Source of the DNA: a virus
Virus record (IMG/VR): IMGVR_UViG_3300050119_000104
Coordinates: 53,460 to 117,459 of that record
Strand: one strand, 5' to 3'
Length of the DNA: 64,000 bases
Shown here one piece after another: positions 19,028-28,406 of this stretch. Under the pieces are notes generated by a model. It was not told where the DNA came from. It saw only the letters and a program-made list of their open reading frames with translations, and did no database searches. Each line of letters opens with the position of its first letter. The stretch's first letter is position 1. Made by a program: the position numbers and the translations under genes.

Positions 19028-20461
19028 ATGGTTACCCTTACAGGTGGCATCACACGTCAGGTACATGTTGTTCGGATCACTGATCCAAAGGGCAACTATA
19101 TCGATGTTGAAGTCCTCAATATGGTCTCTATCGTATTCGCGAACGGGAAAGAAATTCTCTATAAGGTGACGGCAAAAGCTCCATATATTATTGACGATAC
19201 AGGAGATGGTAATAACGTCGGTAGCGCCTCTGGATGTTCACGCCGCTCTCATATGCAACGACTCACCAACCCCACCGATGGTTCGCAATTCTTTGATATC
19301 GAAATTTTAGACGCCATCACTTTCACAATGCCCAATGGGAAAGAAGAACTGTTCAAGATGCCAAATACCGACATCTCGGCAGCAGTAAAAGATGACACCG
19401 GCAATGGGCTCGAAGTGTCATTCGTCAAAGGAGTTTCAACGCGCAAGGATCATATAGTCGAGATTGATGAACTTATCGCTGGCGGCAGTACTAGTTCGGC
19501 GGATAAAGACTACCCCTCCGGGCCAACAACCGGTAACAAGTTGCTCATTGAGCAAACAGATAAGATCGGGTTCAAGAGCGTCAATGGCACTGAATTTGTT
19601 TTGGATGTCGATGCCTCCCTCTGGAACGTGAAGGATGTGACAAATTATACTGCCGACGGCGCGCCCCCGCCGAACACTGATAAGAATATCTATGTTCGTT
19701 GGACGAAAGGTGGCTTACCGTGGCTCGGAACTAAAACACCTGTCAAACAGGGGGCTTTTTGGCGGATCAAAAAAGTTGGCATTGCCCCAGGTCCGACTTC
19801 GGCAGGGCGCATGGATGTCACGTACATCCTCGACGTAGGTGTGGACACCGCAGAATTGTCGGTCGCCAACCCCGGCTTGAACTACTACGTGCAAGTCGAA
19901 GCTCTCCCTGCGAGTGGTGGTGACGGCGGTTCGCTCTATTCGAATTTAGTGACCATCCCATGCTATGAGATTTTTGGTGGCGGCGGTAGTGTTTTCCCCT
20001 ACAGTGCTCTTCGGGCAACCTATACCTTGACGTTGGATAATGTTCCGGTCGAGTACGCCCTGATCCTGAATGTGTGGGATAATATTGGTAGCGTCGTAGG
20101 TCCCGGATCAAATGGCCTCTCGCAAGATGGTGTTATCATCGAAAATAATCAGACGTGTTTCCATGGTCAATTTACCGCTACCGTCATTACAAGCCCAACT
20201 CTCACTGTTTCATCAACTCCGTCACCAAACATTGGCTCGCACACATATAGCCAAGACGGGGCGCATGGCGATCTCTATTGCAATCCATATCAACTGGCCC
20301 TTGGTCCCTACTGTCTGACCGGCTGTCCCTTCGGCATAAATTGGAATAGCAACCCTGCGGGGTCAGACCAGAATTTACTGCCGCTTCTCCCGTTCTGCGG
20401 CGGCGCAAATGCCATTGAGCATGAAGGCTCCCTCGGAACAGGGATACCCACACCACCTTGA
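19028..20461 (+). CDS. Tail-tip / receptor-binding-type protein
   Basis: Repeated VHVVRI.DP...YIDVEVL-type N-terminal units and a beta-rich C-terminus. Confidence 0.55.
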   Translation: MVTLTGGITRQVHVVRITDPKGNYIDVEVLNMVSIVFANGKEILYKVTAKAPYIIDDTGDGNNVGSASGCSRRSHMQRLTNPTDGSQFFDIEILDAITFTMPNGKEELFKMPNTDISAAVKDDTGNGLEVSFVKGVSTRKDHIVEIDELIAGGSTSSADKDYPSGPTTGNKLLIEQTDKIGFKSVNGTEFVLDVDASLWNVKDVTNYTADGAPPPNTDKNIYVRWTKGGLPWLGTKTPVKQGAFWRIKKVGIAPGPTSAGRMDVTYILDVGVDTAELSVANPGLNYYVQVEALPASGGDGGSLYSNLVTIPCYEIFGGGGSVFPYSALRATYTLTLDNVPVEYALILNVWDNIGSVVGPGSNGLSQDGVIIENNQTCFHGQFTATVITSPTLTVSSTPSPNIGSHTYSQDGAHGDLYCNPYQLALGPYCLTGCPFGINWNSNPAGSDQNLLPLLPFCGGANAIEHEGSLGTGIPTPP

Positions 20462-20492
20462 CATGGTTAACGACAGCCTGTAGGAGACTTCA

Positions 20493-21347
20493 ATGTCCAT
20501 GACCTTCCGCACAAATGACTATACCCGTTGGGGCTCCGGCCAAGGTTCAAACCTTTCGGCGGCGGAAGTCGATGTCAATTTTTGGACGCTATATAGCGCC
20601 CTAACGGCGCTTCAAGATCACGCGCTGACGACGGAGAACCAGATCGACTATTTCTCCGTAGCTGGAAATCAGCTATTCGTGACCATGATGGATCATACGG
20701 TCTTTGGTCCCTACACGCTCCCAACCGCCTCCTGGAATTTCCGTGGCCCGTGGTCGAGCACCACCTCATATCATGCGATGGACGTGGTGACCGATAGCGG
20801 CTCGGTCTATCTAGTTCTTGCTACCTTTACGAGCGCTTCGACTTTCGATCCGGGGGCTACCATCGGGATAGGCCAGCAGTGCTACGGTCTGTTGCTCAGT
20901 TCGCCACAAGATGAATTGCCGACCGGCGGCGTTGACGGTCAAGTCCTCATGGTCGTCGATCCAGGTAGCCCGACCGGATATCCACAAACTGCATGGGTGA
21001 CTCAAACTCGGTTGCTCGCGTTATTCATCGAAGGCACGCCACTCACCGATGAATTGCTTCTCCGGTTTGAATGTGTCGAAGCAATGACGTGGCCTGCGGG
21101 GTTGACAGGATCGAGAGCGTCATCGGCAACACCGCCGACGACGGATCAAACCTACGCGCTATATAAGAACGGCACGGCAATCGGCAGCTTGACTTTCACT
21201 CCGTCTCCCGAAGCCGTGGACATCGACTTCCCGACAGCGATCACGTTCACGCCCGGTGACATTATCACGATGTTTGCTCCTGGAAGTCCTGGCCCTGATC
21301 CGCACATGACAGATACCAGCTTCACCTTCGTCGCGACTCTGCCATGA
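20493..21347 (+). CDS. Tail fibre-base / structural protein
   Basis: WGSGQGSNLSAAEVDVNFW N-terminus and CBM-like W.STTSY...DVV motif; AGGAG RBS. Confidence 0.55.
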   Translation: MSMTFRTNDYTRWGSGQGSNLSAAEVDVNFWTLYSALTALQDHALTTENQIDYFSVAGNQLFVTMMDHTVFGPYTLPTASWNFRGPWSSTTSYHAMDVVTDSGSVYLVLATFTSASTFDPGATIGIGQQCYGLLLSSPQDELPTGGVDGQVLMVVDPGSPTGYPQTAWVTQTRLLALFIEGTPLTDELLLRFECVEAMTWPAGLTGSRASSATPPTTDQTYALYKNGTAIGSLTFTPSPEAVDIDFPTAITFTPGDIITMFAPGSPGPDPHMTDTSFTFVATLP

Positions 21348-22300
21348 CCTCTCCGTCAGTCACACAATCACAAGTCAACATTTTCGGCGGTTCGAGTAGC
21401 AGCGAGTCGTACACGAGTCCTGCAATCACATCCGACTCGAATGGCCTCTTTTGCGTTATCGCTTCGGAGAAAACTACTGGCACGACTATGAGCGTGACCA
21501 GCTTGGCATCAAGCAGCGTCACGTGGTCGAAGATTGGCGAGTACACCGAAGAAATCAATGGTACCATTCCCTACACGTTGTCGATTTTCTACGCGCCACT
21601 TGCTGCGGGTGCTGGTACAACTTATTCCTCGACGACGGTCACGATTGATTTCAATAACACGCCTGATGACTACGGCGTGATATTTTTCGGCGTGACCGGC
21701 CTCTATTCCTATACCAGTCCGCTCGACTCGAATGTGTTACTCCCGATCATGGGCTATGTAGCTGGGACTGGCGACCTGAGCACAGACGTTTCGACCAGTC
21801 AAGCGGACGACCTCCTACTGGCTTTCTCTATGACCGCTGGGGGCGGCGGAACTTATCCACCCAGCTATACCGGCATTGGTTACGGAGGCGGCTGGCCTAA
21901 TAATAATTGGGTCGGCCTCGCGGCCTCATATCTATCCATCTCAACGCTGCAAAGTAGTGTGTCAGTGGATTGGGGTACTGTAACCGCTACGTTGGGTGTC
22001 ATCCTCGCGATCTCCGCCGATGCGCCCCCGAGCCCGGGAGAGACCGGGACCTGGGCCTCCACCGAAGCCCCTGACACGATGAGCATGGCAGGCGATCTGC
22101 CTATTTCGGGAACGTGGGCATCTACCGAAGCCGCCGACACAATGATTTTAGATGGATATCCCGGCGCAGGCGGTAGCATCACTGGAACGTGGGCGTCCAC
22201 TGAGGAAGTTGACACGTTAACCATGACCGGGTATGCCAGCGGCAGTGAGAGTTTTGTTCCTGGCAGCGCCGGACATCGACGTATTTTTATCATGACCTAA
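21344..22300 (+). CDS. Ser/Thr-rich virion protein with three GTWASTExxDT repeats
   Basis: Repeats visible at ~22046-22230. Confidence 0.55.
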   Translation: MTSPSVTQSQVNIFGGSSSSESYTSPAITSDSNGLFCVIASEKTTGTTMSVTSLASSSVTWSKIGEYTEEINGTIPYTLSIFYAPLAAGAGTTYSSTTVTIDFNNTPDDYGVIFFGVTGLYSYTSPLDSNVLLPIMGYVAGTGDLSTDVSTSQADDLLLAFSMTAGGGGTYPPSYTGIGYGGGWPNNNWVGLAASYLSISTLQSSVSVDWGTVTATLGVILAISADAPPSPGETGTWASTEAPDTMSMAGDLPISGTWASTEAADTMILDGYPGAGGSITGTWASTEEVDTLTMTGYASGSESFVPGSAGHRRIFIMT

Positions 22301-22313
22301 CGGAGAAAATCCA

Positions 22314-22703
22314 ATGAGTGTAGTTTACAGCGCGGCCTTGAAAACCACCCGCATGGACGCGGTTCTAACCGCCCTCGATGCGGCCGGAAGTCCAGGAGGC
22401 TACATAGAAATCGGCACCTCTGGTGGTTTCTCGGGTTCAAACCTGCTCGCCACCATCCACTTCGCGGAAACAGCTGGCACCGTCTCTGGCAGTGTACTGA
22501 CGTTCTCATGCCCAATAGAGGACGCGAGCGCCGCCAACAGCGGCACAGCAACCCAGGCTCAGGTATTCGACGGCGCGGGCGGTACGGCGGTCATTACTGG
22601 CTTAACGGTCGGCACCTCGGGAACGGATATCGTCTTATCGAGCGTGACCATCGTCGCGGGTGAGCCGGTTACTTTGACCGCTGGAAGCATAACTCACGGT
22701 TAG
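22314..22703 (+). CDS. Small virion structural protein
   Basis: GGAG RBS; beta-rich A..SGTAT.A.V.D motif common in phage late operons. Confidence 0.55.
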   Translation: MSVVYSAALKTTRMDAVLTALDAAGSPGGYIEIGTSGGFSGSNLLATIHFAETAGTVSGSVLTFSCPIEDASAANSGTATQAQVFDGAGGTAVITGLTVGTSGTDIVLSSVTIVAGEPVTLTAGSITHG

Positions 22704-22715
22704 TTGGTACTCAAA

Positions 22716-23756
22716 ATGGGCCGACCCTCACTCATCATCCATGGTATGCATGGCTTGGGGGATAACCTCCATCAGCGGGCGTTCGTGCGTCAGTTGTTGG
22801 AGACACATGATATATGGCTCGAAACTTCGTGGCCTTGCGTCTACCACGATTTAATTGCGCAAGGTGGCCTGCACGTCATTCCAAAACGAGTCGGGCTCCG
22901 CACGCAAACTAAAAATGCGCAGCGTGAGCGAGACAAGTTTTCGAAGGTCTTGGTTCCTCCCCGCACGCCAGAACTTAGACCCAGCTACAACGACTACAAC
23001 GTCGCACGCATGCCGAACCGTACGATCCTGGAAGCGATTTGTGGCTCACTCAATATAGGCATCGATTATTCACGCGCCGACTTCCGCTTGCCAATCCCGT
23101 ATGATTGGCTCTATCCGGCAGATGAATTGATCGAGTCGTGGCATGCGACCAAGCCAATTTTGATTTATCGTCCACTCGTCGTCCGCACCGAATGGCGCGG
23201 CAACGAAAAACGCAACGCTGATCCTATGGCCTACGCGGAAATCTTCGCCTCGATCCGTGACCGCTTCTTTGTCGTGTCGGTAGCCGATCTCGTACCCGGC
23301 CACGAATGGATTATCGGACCGCAGCTTAAAGCCGATGTGACCCTGCACAACGGCGAGCTTTCATTCGAGATCATGGCAGCGCTGTTCTCGCGCGCCAAGC
23401 TGGTCTACACATCCTCGGGCTTTGCCACGCTGCTCGCGCAGGCCGTCGGTACCCCCAACATTTCCGTCATCGGTCTATACGAGAATGGCGCGCATCACTC
23501 CGCAGGCGCATCGTATGCGCCCTACCTCCCTATCGAGCCGCTCAATCCATGTAGTTGCCAATACTCCGGCTGTGTACGGAAGTGTTCGAAACAGATTGAT
23601 ATCCCTTCCGCCATCTCCAAGGTGGCGGATTTCGTCCATGATCTTGGGGTTTCAACAGATGTTGAAACGCGCCCAATTACTGAAATGTTCGATTCTCCGG
23701 CGGTGCGGATGCCGCAGATGCCGCAGCGGCGCATACACTCCGGGCTAAGGGCATGA
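22716..23756 (+). CDS. Glycosyltransferase, GT9 (heptosyltransferase)-like
   Basis: GMHGLGDNL and LVY.SSGFATLLAQAVGTP.ISV motifs. Confidence 0.7.
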   Translation: MGRPSLIIHGMHGLGDNLHQRAFVRQLLETHDIWLETSWPCVYHDLIAQGGLHVIPKRVGLRTQTKNAQRERDKFSKVLVPPRTPELRPSYNDYNVARMPNRTILEAICGSLNIGIDYSRADFRLPIPYDWLYPADELIESWHATKPILIYRPLVVRTEWRGNEKRNADPMAYAEIFASIRDRFFVVSVADLVPGHEWIIGPQLKADVTLHNGELSFEIMAALFSRAKLVYTSSGFATLLAQAVGTPNISVIGLYENGAHHSAGASYAPYLPIEPLNPCSCQYSGCVRKCSKQIDIPSAISKVADFVHDLGVSTDVETRPITEMFDSPAVRMPQMPQRRIHSGLRA

Positions 23757-24001
23757 ACATGGCGCGCGCAGGATATCGAGTCATCGAAGCCCGGTGGGAG
23801 GAATTTGGAGATCGAGATTTCTTTGAAGTTGAAGTTCTTTGTGGCACGCTCGATGATGCTCAAGAGATGGCGCAGCAGTACCTTCGCAGACATGTCGCTT
23901 CTACCGAAACCGATCTTATTTGGTTGCAAGGTGTATCGAACAAGCAGGGACAGGTTTTCTACGCGAACAACAAACACATAACATTCAGAATTAGGCAGTA
24001 A
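23753..24001 (+). CDS. Hypothetical protein
   Basis: ATGA-coupled within the operon. Confidence 0.45.
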   Translation: MNMARAGYRVIEARWEEFGDRDFFEVEVLCGTLDDAQEMAQQYLRRHVASTETDLIWLQGVSNKQGQVFYANNKHITFRIRQ

Positions 24002-24002
24002 G

Positions 24003-24617
24003 ATGTTGATCACCCCTATCATGCCAGTTAGCGAAGGCGACGTTCGCGCCGAAGTGGCGCTCGTCGTCGGCGGCAGCAATGAAGTGATGGAAGAATTCGA
24101 AGCCGCACGCGCGCTATGCGGTCCGGCACCATACATGACGTTCGTGTGTAACGACATGATTGCAGTATTCCCGCGTCCGATTGATCACGCCGTCACACTC
24201 CATCCCGATAAGATGTTGATATGGGTGCAGAAAAGATTGCAAGCTGGTTTACCCTCAATCGGCCGTACTTGGGCCCACCGTGGCTATTCCGGTTTCACTG
24301 ATCATACGAAAGATTGGGGCGGTTCATCTGGATTGTTGTGTACGAAAATCGCCAGAGAACAGGGATTTACGCACATAATCCTTTGCGGCGTGCCGATGAC
24401 AGTCGAGAACGGTCACTTCAAACGTCAAATGCGCTGGACCGCCGCGCATGGTTTTCGACGTGGATGGAGCCGATACATTCCGGGTCTCAAGCCGTTCGTG
24501 CGCAGCATGAGCGGCTGGACTCAGCAAAATTTTGGAGCACCGGATCAGGCGTGGCTCGATAGTATCATCGACGATCCACGCCCGATAAGGGGGCAAGCCG
24601 TGGGGATAAAAGCATGA
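24003..24617 (+). CDS. Putative glycosyltransferase of the DUF115/Maf-like fold
   Basis: ALVVGG, GGSSGL, GFTHIILCGVPM motifs. Confidence 0.5.
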   Translation: MLITPIMPVSEGDVRAEVALVVGGSNEVMEEFEAARALCGPAPYMTFVCNDMIAVFPRPIDHAVTLHPDKMLIWVQKRLQAGLPSIGRTWAHRGYSGFTDHTKDWGGSSGLLCTKIAREQGFTHIILCGVPMTVENGHFKRQMRWTAAHGFRRGWSRYIPGLKPFVRSMSGWTQQNFGAPDQAWLDSIIDDPRPIRGQAVGIKA

Positions 24618-25564
24618 TTGATCCACTTAACGAGCGCTTTGTGCCAACAAAGACAGCTTACGAGAAACTCAATCTCCCGACCGTGACTCTCTTGGCGGTT
24701 GAAACGCGCATGCATGATCTCGCGCGCATCGCCCTCAATGATTGCGTCAGCAAAGTCAATTTCGGCAACGTGATGATCTACTCAAACGACTGCGCCCGAA
24801 TTCAAGTTCCCGGAGCATGCTATTTCCAAGTTCCTGATTGGCCGCAGAAAGGCCAGTGCGGTGCATTCTGCTACAACGAAGCTTCTCAGCTAGTCGAGAC
24901 GCCGCATATTCTCTTTATCGAATGGGACGGCGGCGTCCGTGACGTATCCATGTGGCGGAAGGAGTTCCTGAACTACGATTACGTCGGCGCACCCTGGCCG
25001 CCCCGGCTATGGGGGAGAGGTGGCCCGCATCCAGGTCTCACTGTGGGAAACGGTGGCTTCACATTGTGGTCGAAACGTTTGATGGATCATATCGCAGCGA
25101 ACCGCAACCGATTTATGATCTCCACCGATACTCATATATCAGTGAACCATCGCCGCGCACTTGAAGCGGAGGGCGGCTTCAAGTGGGCTCCCGAGAACGT
25201 CGCTTACGATTTTGCTTTTGAGTACGGACTCCCGGCTTCCCGTGAACATAATTTTGGATTTCACGGCGCGTTCAATTGGCCCTACATGCTCCCCCGCGCG
25301 GATATGTTGGAGCGCATTCATTTAATGATCGCGAGCGAGTATGTCGCCTCTACGGTCATGCTGGATAGATTGTTTCAGAACGATCCGAACTTGATGGATG
25401 AGATTAGCCCGGATGACCGAGACATCGTAATAAAGATTATGAAACGTCCGGTGCGACGCACCATCCGCGCCCCAGTCATGCGCAATCCAAATATCGCGCA
25501 GCCCCCGGTACGTCCGGCACATATACCAAATATCGTTCAGATGCGTAGGGGGACCAAGGCATGA
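24614..25564 (+). CDS. DUF5672-like glycosyltransferase-related protein
   Basis: FLNYDYVGAPW, VGNGGFTLWSKRLM and FGFHG motifs. Confidence 0.7.
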   Translation: MIDPLNERFVPTKTAYEKLNLPTVTLLAVETRMHDLARIALNDCVSKVNFGNVMIYSNDCARIQVPGACYFQVPDWPQKGQCGAFCYNEASQLVETPHILFIEWDGGVRDVSMWRKEFLNYDYVGAPWPPRLWGRGGPHPGLTVGNGGFTLWSKRLMDHIAANRNRFMISTDTHISVNHRRALEAEGGFKWAPENVAYDFAFEYGLPASREHNFGFHGAFNWPYMLPRADMLERIHLMIASEYVASTVMLDRLFQNDPNLMDEISPDDRDIVIKIMKRPVRRTIRAPVMRNPNIAQPPVRPAHIPNIVQMRRGTKA

Positions 25565-27600
25565 CCAAAGTAGCACTCATCACCGGGATCACCGGACAGG
25601 ACGGCAGCTATCTCGCCGAACTTTTGTTGGCGAAGGGCTACATTGTTCACGGCATCAAGCGCCGGTCATCGTCATTCAATACTGGACGCGTGAACCACCT
25701 CTACGACAACCCGCGCCTTACCCTGCATTTCGGTGATGTCACGGACGCTACCAATATCATCAGGCTCCTGAGCGACATACAGCCGAACGAAATCTATCAC
25801 TTGGCCGCGCAGAGCCACGTGCATGTCAGTTTCGAAACGCCGGAGTACACCGCGAATTCAGATGCTCTCGGCACTTTGCGAATTCTTGAAGGCATCCGCA
25901 TTCTTAAAATGGAAGATCACGTTCGATTTTATCAAGCGTCAACGTCCGAACTTTACGGTAAGGTACAGGACATTCCGCAAACCGAGAAAACTCCGTTCTA
26001 TCCGCGCAGTCCTTACGCAGTGGCGAAGCTCTACGCGCATTGGATCGTTGTCAATTACCGCGAAGCTTACGGTATCCATGCGTCAAACGGCATCCTATTC
26101 AATCACGAATGTTGTGTTTTTGACACGCCGGTAGTGTATAAACGTAACGGACTTATTGATATTAAACCGATTGGTGAGTTGGTCACGCATCGGGCTGATC
26201 CCTCAAAAGGTAAAAAATACCAAACAGCCCCCGAGGGGCTTGAAATTTGGGATGGTGAAAATTGGTCCCAAGTCACTCTAGCTACCGCAACTTGGCGGCC
26301 GCGCGGAGAAGCTAATATCATAGAAGTCAACTGTCGGGGGGCCTATTATCAGACCACAGGCGATCATGTTTCGTTTCTCAACGGAGATATCGAAGCTAAG
26401 ACCAGCGACCTTAAGCCGGGCCAAGCACTCGCCCTCAAGACTCTTCCCCCTTTGGGAAACGCACAGACATCTGTCTCGTTGGAGGAAGCCGAGCTTCTTG
26501 GTATGCTCACCGCCGATGGATATCTGAATGATGAAAGAGGAAAAGGCACATTCACAAAGAACGATGATGCCCTGCGCGAGCGAGTCTCTACATTATGGCG
26601 TCAAGTCGCCGGAGGATATACAACTGGAAGCAGTTATGACTCCGCCAAAACCGTCAAGAAGATTAATCTGAATGGAAATCCCGCCGTCCTCACTTATTGG
26701 CGCGCGGAAATGTATACAGAGCGCAAATTCAAACGCGTGCCCACACGTATCCTCAACGCATCGGAACAAGTGAGAGAAACATTCTTGCGAGGCTACAACG
26801 CTTGCGACGGACTTAAAGGTGGCCACGACATAAACCAAGAACTCAAAGCATTCACCACCAATTCTGCGGTACTCGCACAGGGGCTATATCTGCTTTGTTC
26901 ACAGTTGGGCTATAGAATAACTTTACACCCCGGAACTCGGGGTGAATTTCTTTATTATCATTTAAACATCAATGTTAAGGATGCCGTTAAGGGACAACAC
27001 TTGATGCGGCCGTTGAATGAGATCAAGGTAGTTTCGCCGGTCGCTTATGAAGGGTGGGTGTTCGACCTCGCCACTAAATCAGGGACATTTTCAGCAGGTA
27101 TTGGCCTAGGGTGGGTGCATAATTCGCCTCGACGCGGCGAGACATTCGTGACGCGCAAGATAACACGAGCAGTCGCGGCCATCTATAAAGGGGAGCAGGA
27201 GTGTCTCTATCTCGGCAACCTGAGCGCTATGCGGGATTGGGGCCATGCGCAGGATTACGTCGAAGCGATGTGGCTCATGATGCAACAATCTCGGGCCGAT
27301 GATTATGTCATCGCGACCGGCGAGTCGCATTCAGTGCGGGAATTTGTCGAATTGGCTTTTGCTGCGGTCGGAATTACTATCTGGTGGGTAAATCCAGGTA
27401 GCGCGGAAGATCAGGGTATCTGTATGAAAACAAAAAAGACGCTAGTCCGCGTCGATACGCGCTATATCCGTCCGACAGAAGTCCAGATGCTGTTAGGAGA
27501 TCCCACCAAGGCGCACGACCGACTCGGTTGGAAACACAAAATCAGTTTCAAGGAACTGGTTCGAGAAATGGTAGCGAGCGATTTGGAGGCGGCGTCATGA
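25561..27600 (+). CDS. gmd: GDP-mannose 4,6-dehydratase, intein-containing
   Basis: KVALITGITGQDGSYLAELLL, LAAQSHV, YPRSPYAVAKLY, NHE|SPRRGETFVTRKI and RDWGHA motifs. Confidence 0.95.
   Translation: MTKVALITGITGQDGSYLAELLLAKGYIVHGIKRRSSSFNTGRVNHLYDNPRLTLHFGDVTDATNIIRLLSDIQPNEIYHLAAQSHVHVSFETPEYTANSDALGTLRILEGIRILKMEDHVRFYQASTSELYGKVQDIPQTEKTPFYPRSPYAVAKLYAHWIVVNYREAYGIHASNGILFNHECCVFDTPVVYKRNGLIDIKPIGELVTHRADPSKGKKYQTAPEGLEIWDGENWSQVTLATATWRPRGEANIIEVNCRGAYYQTTGDHVSFLNGDIEAKTSDLKPGQALALKTLPPLGNAQTSVSLEEAELLGMLTADGYLNDERGKGTFTKNDDALRERVSTLWRQVAGGYTTGSSYDSAKTVKKINLNGNPAVLTYWRAEMYTERKFKRVPTRILNASEQVRETFLRGYNACDGLKGGHDINQELKAFTTNSAVLAQGLYLLCSQLGYRITLHPGTRGEFLYYHLNINVKDAVKGQHLMRPLNEIKVVSPVAYEGWVFDLATKSGTFSAGIGLGWVHNSPRRGETFVTRKITRAVAAIYKGEQECLYLGNLSAMRDWGHAQDYVEAMWLMMQQSRADDYVIATGESHSVREFVELAFAAVGITIWWVNPGSAEDQGICMKTKKTLVRVDTRYIRPTEVQMLLGDPTKAHDRLGWKHKISFKELVREMVASDLEAAS
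26110..27123 (+). mobile_element. Intein (338 aa) with LAGLIDADG homing endonuclease in Gmd
   Basis: Splits NHE|SPRR; starts with Cys, ends HN, +1 residue is Ser; LLGMLTADG and FLRGYNACDG motifs. Confidence 0.92.
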
Positions 27601-28400
27601 TGAACCCTGATACGAGAGTTGCAGTGTGCTGCTACGCGGGCGACCAGCATCAGGTCATTCACAGTCTTGGTCTTTTCCTGCACCACGAATGCCCCACAGT
27701 GGTCCTATCGCCGGAGGACTCGAAAGCTGAAATTCGCTACCCTGGCATCGAGAACCGTTACGGCGGCAAGCGCGCGTATATCGGACAGGACTCGCTCGAC
27801 CGTGAGCGAAGGCATCTGGAAATCCTTTTGGAATTCCCGGAAAATCATTTCCTGATAAACGACGCCGACTCATTCTGCCTCGATCCTAAAATCCCCGATT
27901 ATCTCTACGCTGAACCTGATCTCGTATGGTCCAATCAAGTGCAGGACGATATCCCGGAGCATCAATCAACCTTCCTGCCCGGTTGGCCGCACGTGGCATT
28001 TCAACCGCCGTATTTTCTCTCCCGCAAAACAATCAAGGCCATGCTGGCAGTCGCCGACCAGATCACTGCCGCTCCGGTGATGCCCTTCATCGATTTCTAC
28101 ATGGTACAATTGACGGTCACGGCCGGGCTACCATGGCGGCGGTTTCGTAATTGCGTCAGTTGCCCGATAGCCGGAGACCCGGCTAAGAAGCACTCCAACA
28201 CGGATATTGCGACATACCAAATGGGCAAGAAAATTGGCATGAACGCCGTCGTCCAAGAGGGTACGGTCATGATCCACTCGGTCAAAGACTCAAAGGTCTC
28301 GCATGCAATGGCAGCAGCGCGCCGTGTCTATGTTACAGAACATGCGGCGGAAGCTGGTACCTCGTGGCCCAGCCAGCCACCGATAGTTGGAAAAGGATGA
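27597..28400 (+). CDS. Hypothetical protein, possibly a glycosyltransferase
   Basis: Lies between gmd and fcl; DAD motif (LINDADSF); GGAGG RBS; start reassigned to 27597. Confidence 0.5.
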   Translation: MMNPDTRVAVCCYAGDQHQVIHSLGLFLHHECPTVVLSPEDSKAEIRYPGIENRYGGKRAYIGQDSLDRERRHLEILLEFPENHFLINDADSFCLDPKIPDYLYAEPDLVWSNQVQDDIPEHQSTFLPGWPHVAFQPPYFLSRKTIKAMLAVADQITAAPVMPFIDFYMVQLTVTAGLPWRRFRNCVSCPIAGDPAKKHSNTDIATYQMGKKIGMNAVVQEGTVMIHSVKDSKVSHAMAAARRVYVTEHAAEAGTSWPSQPPIVGKG

Positions 28401-28406
28401 TCTAAA

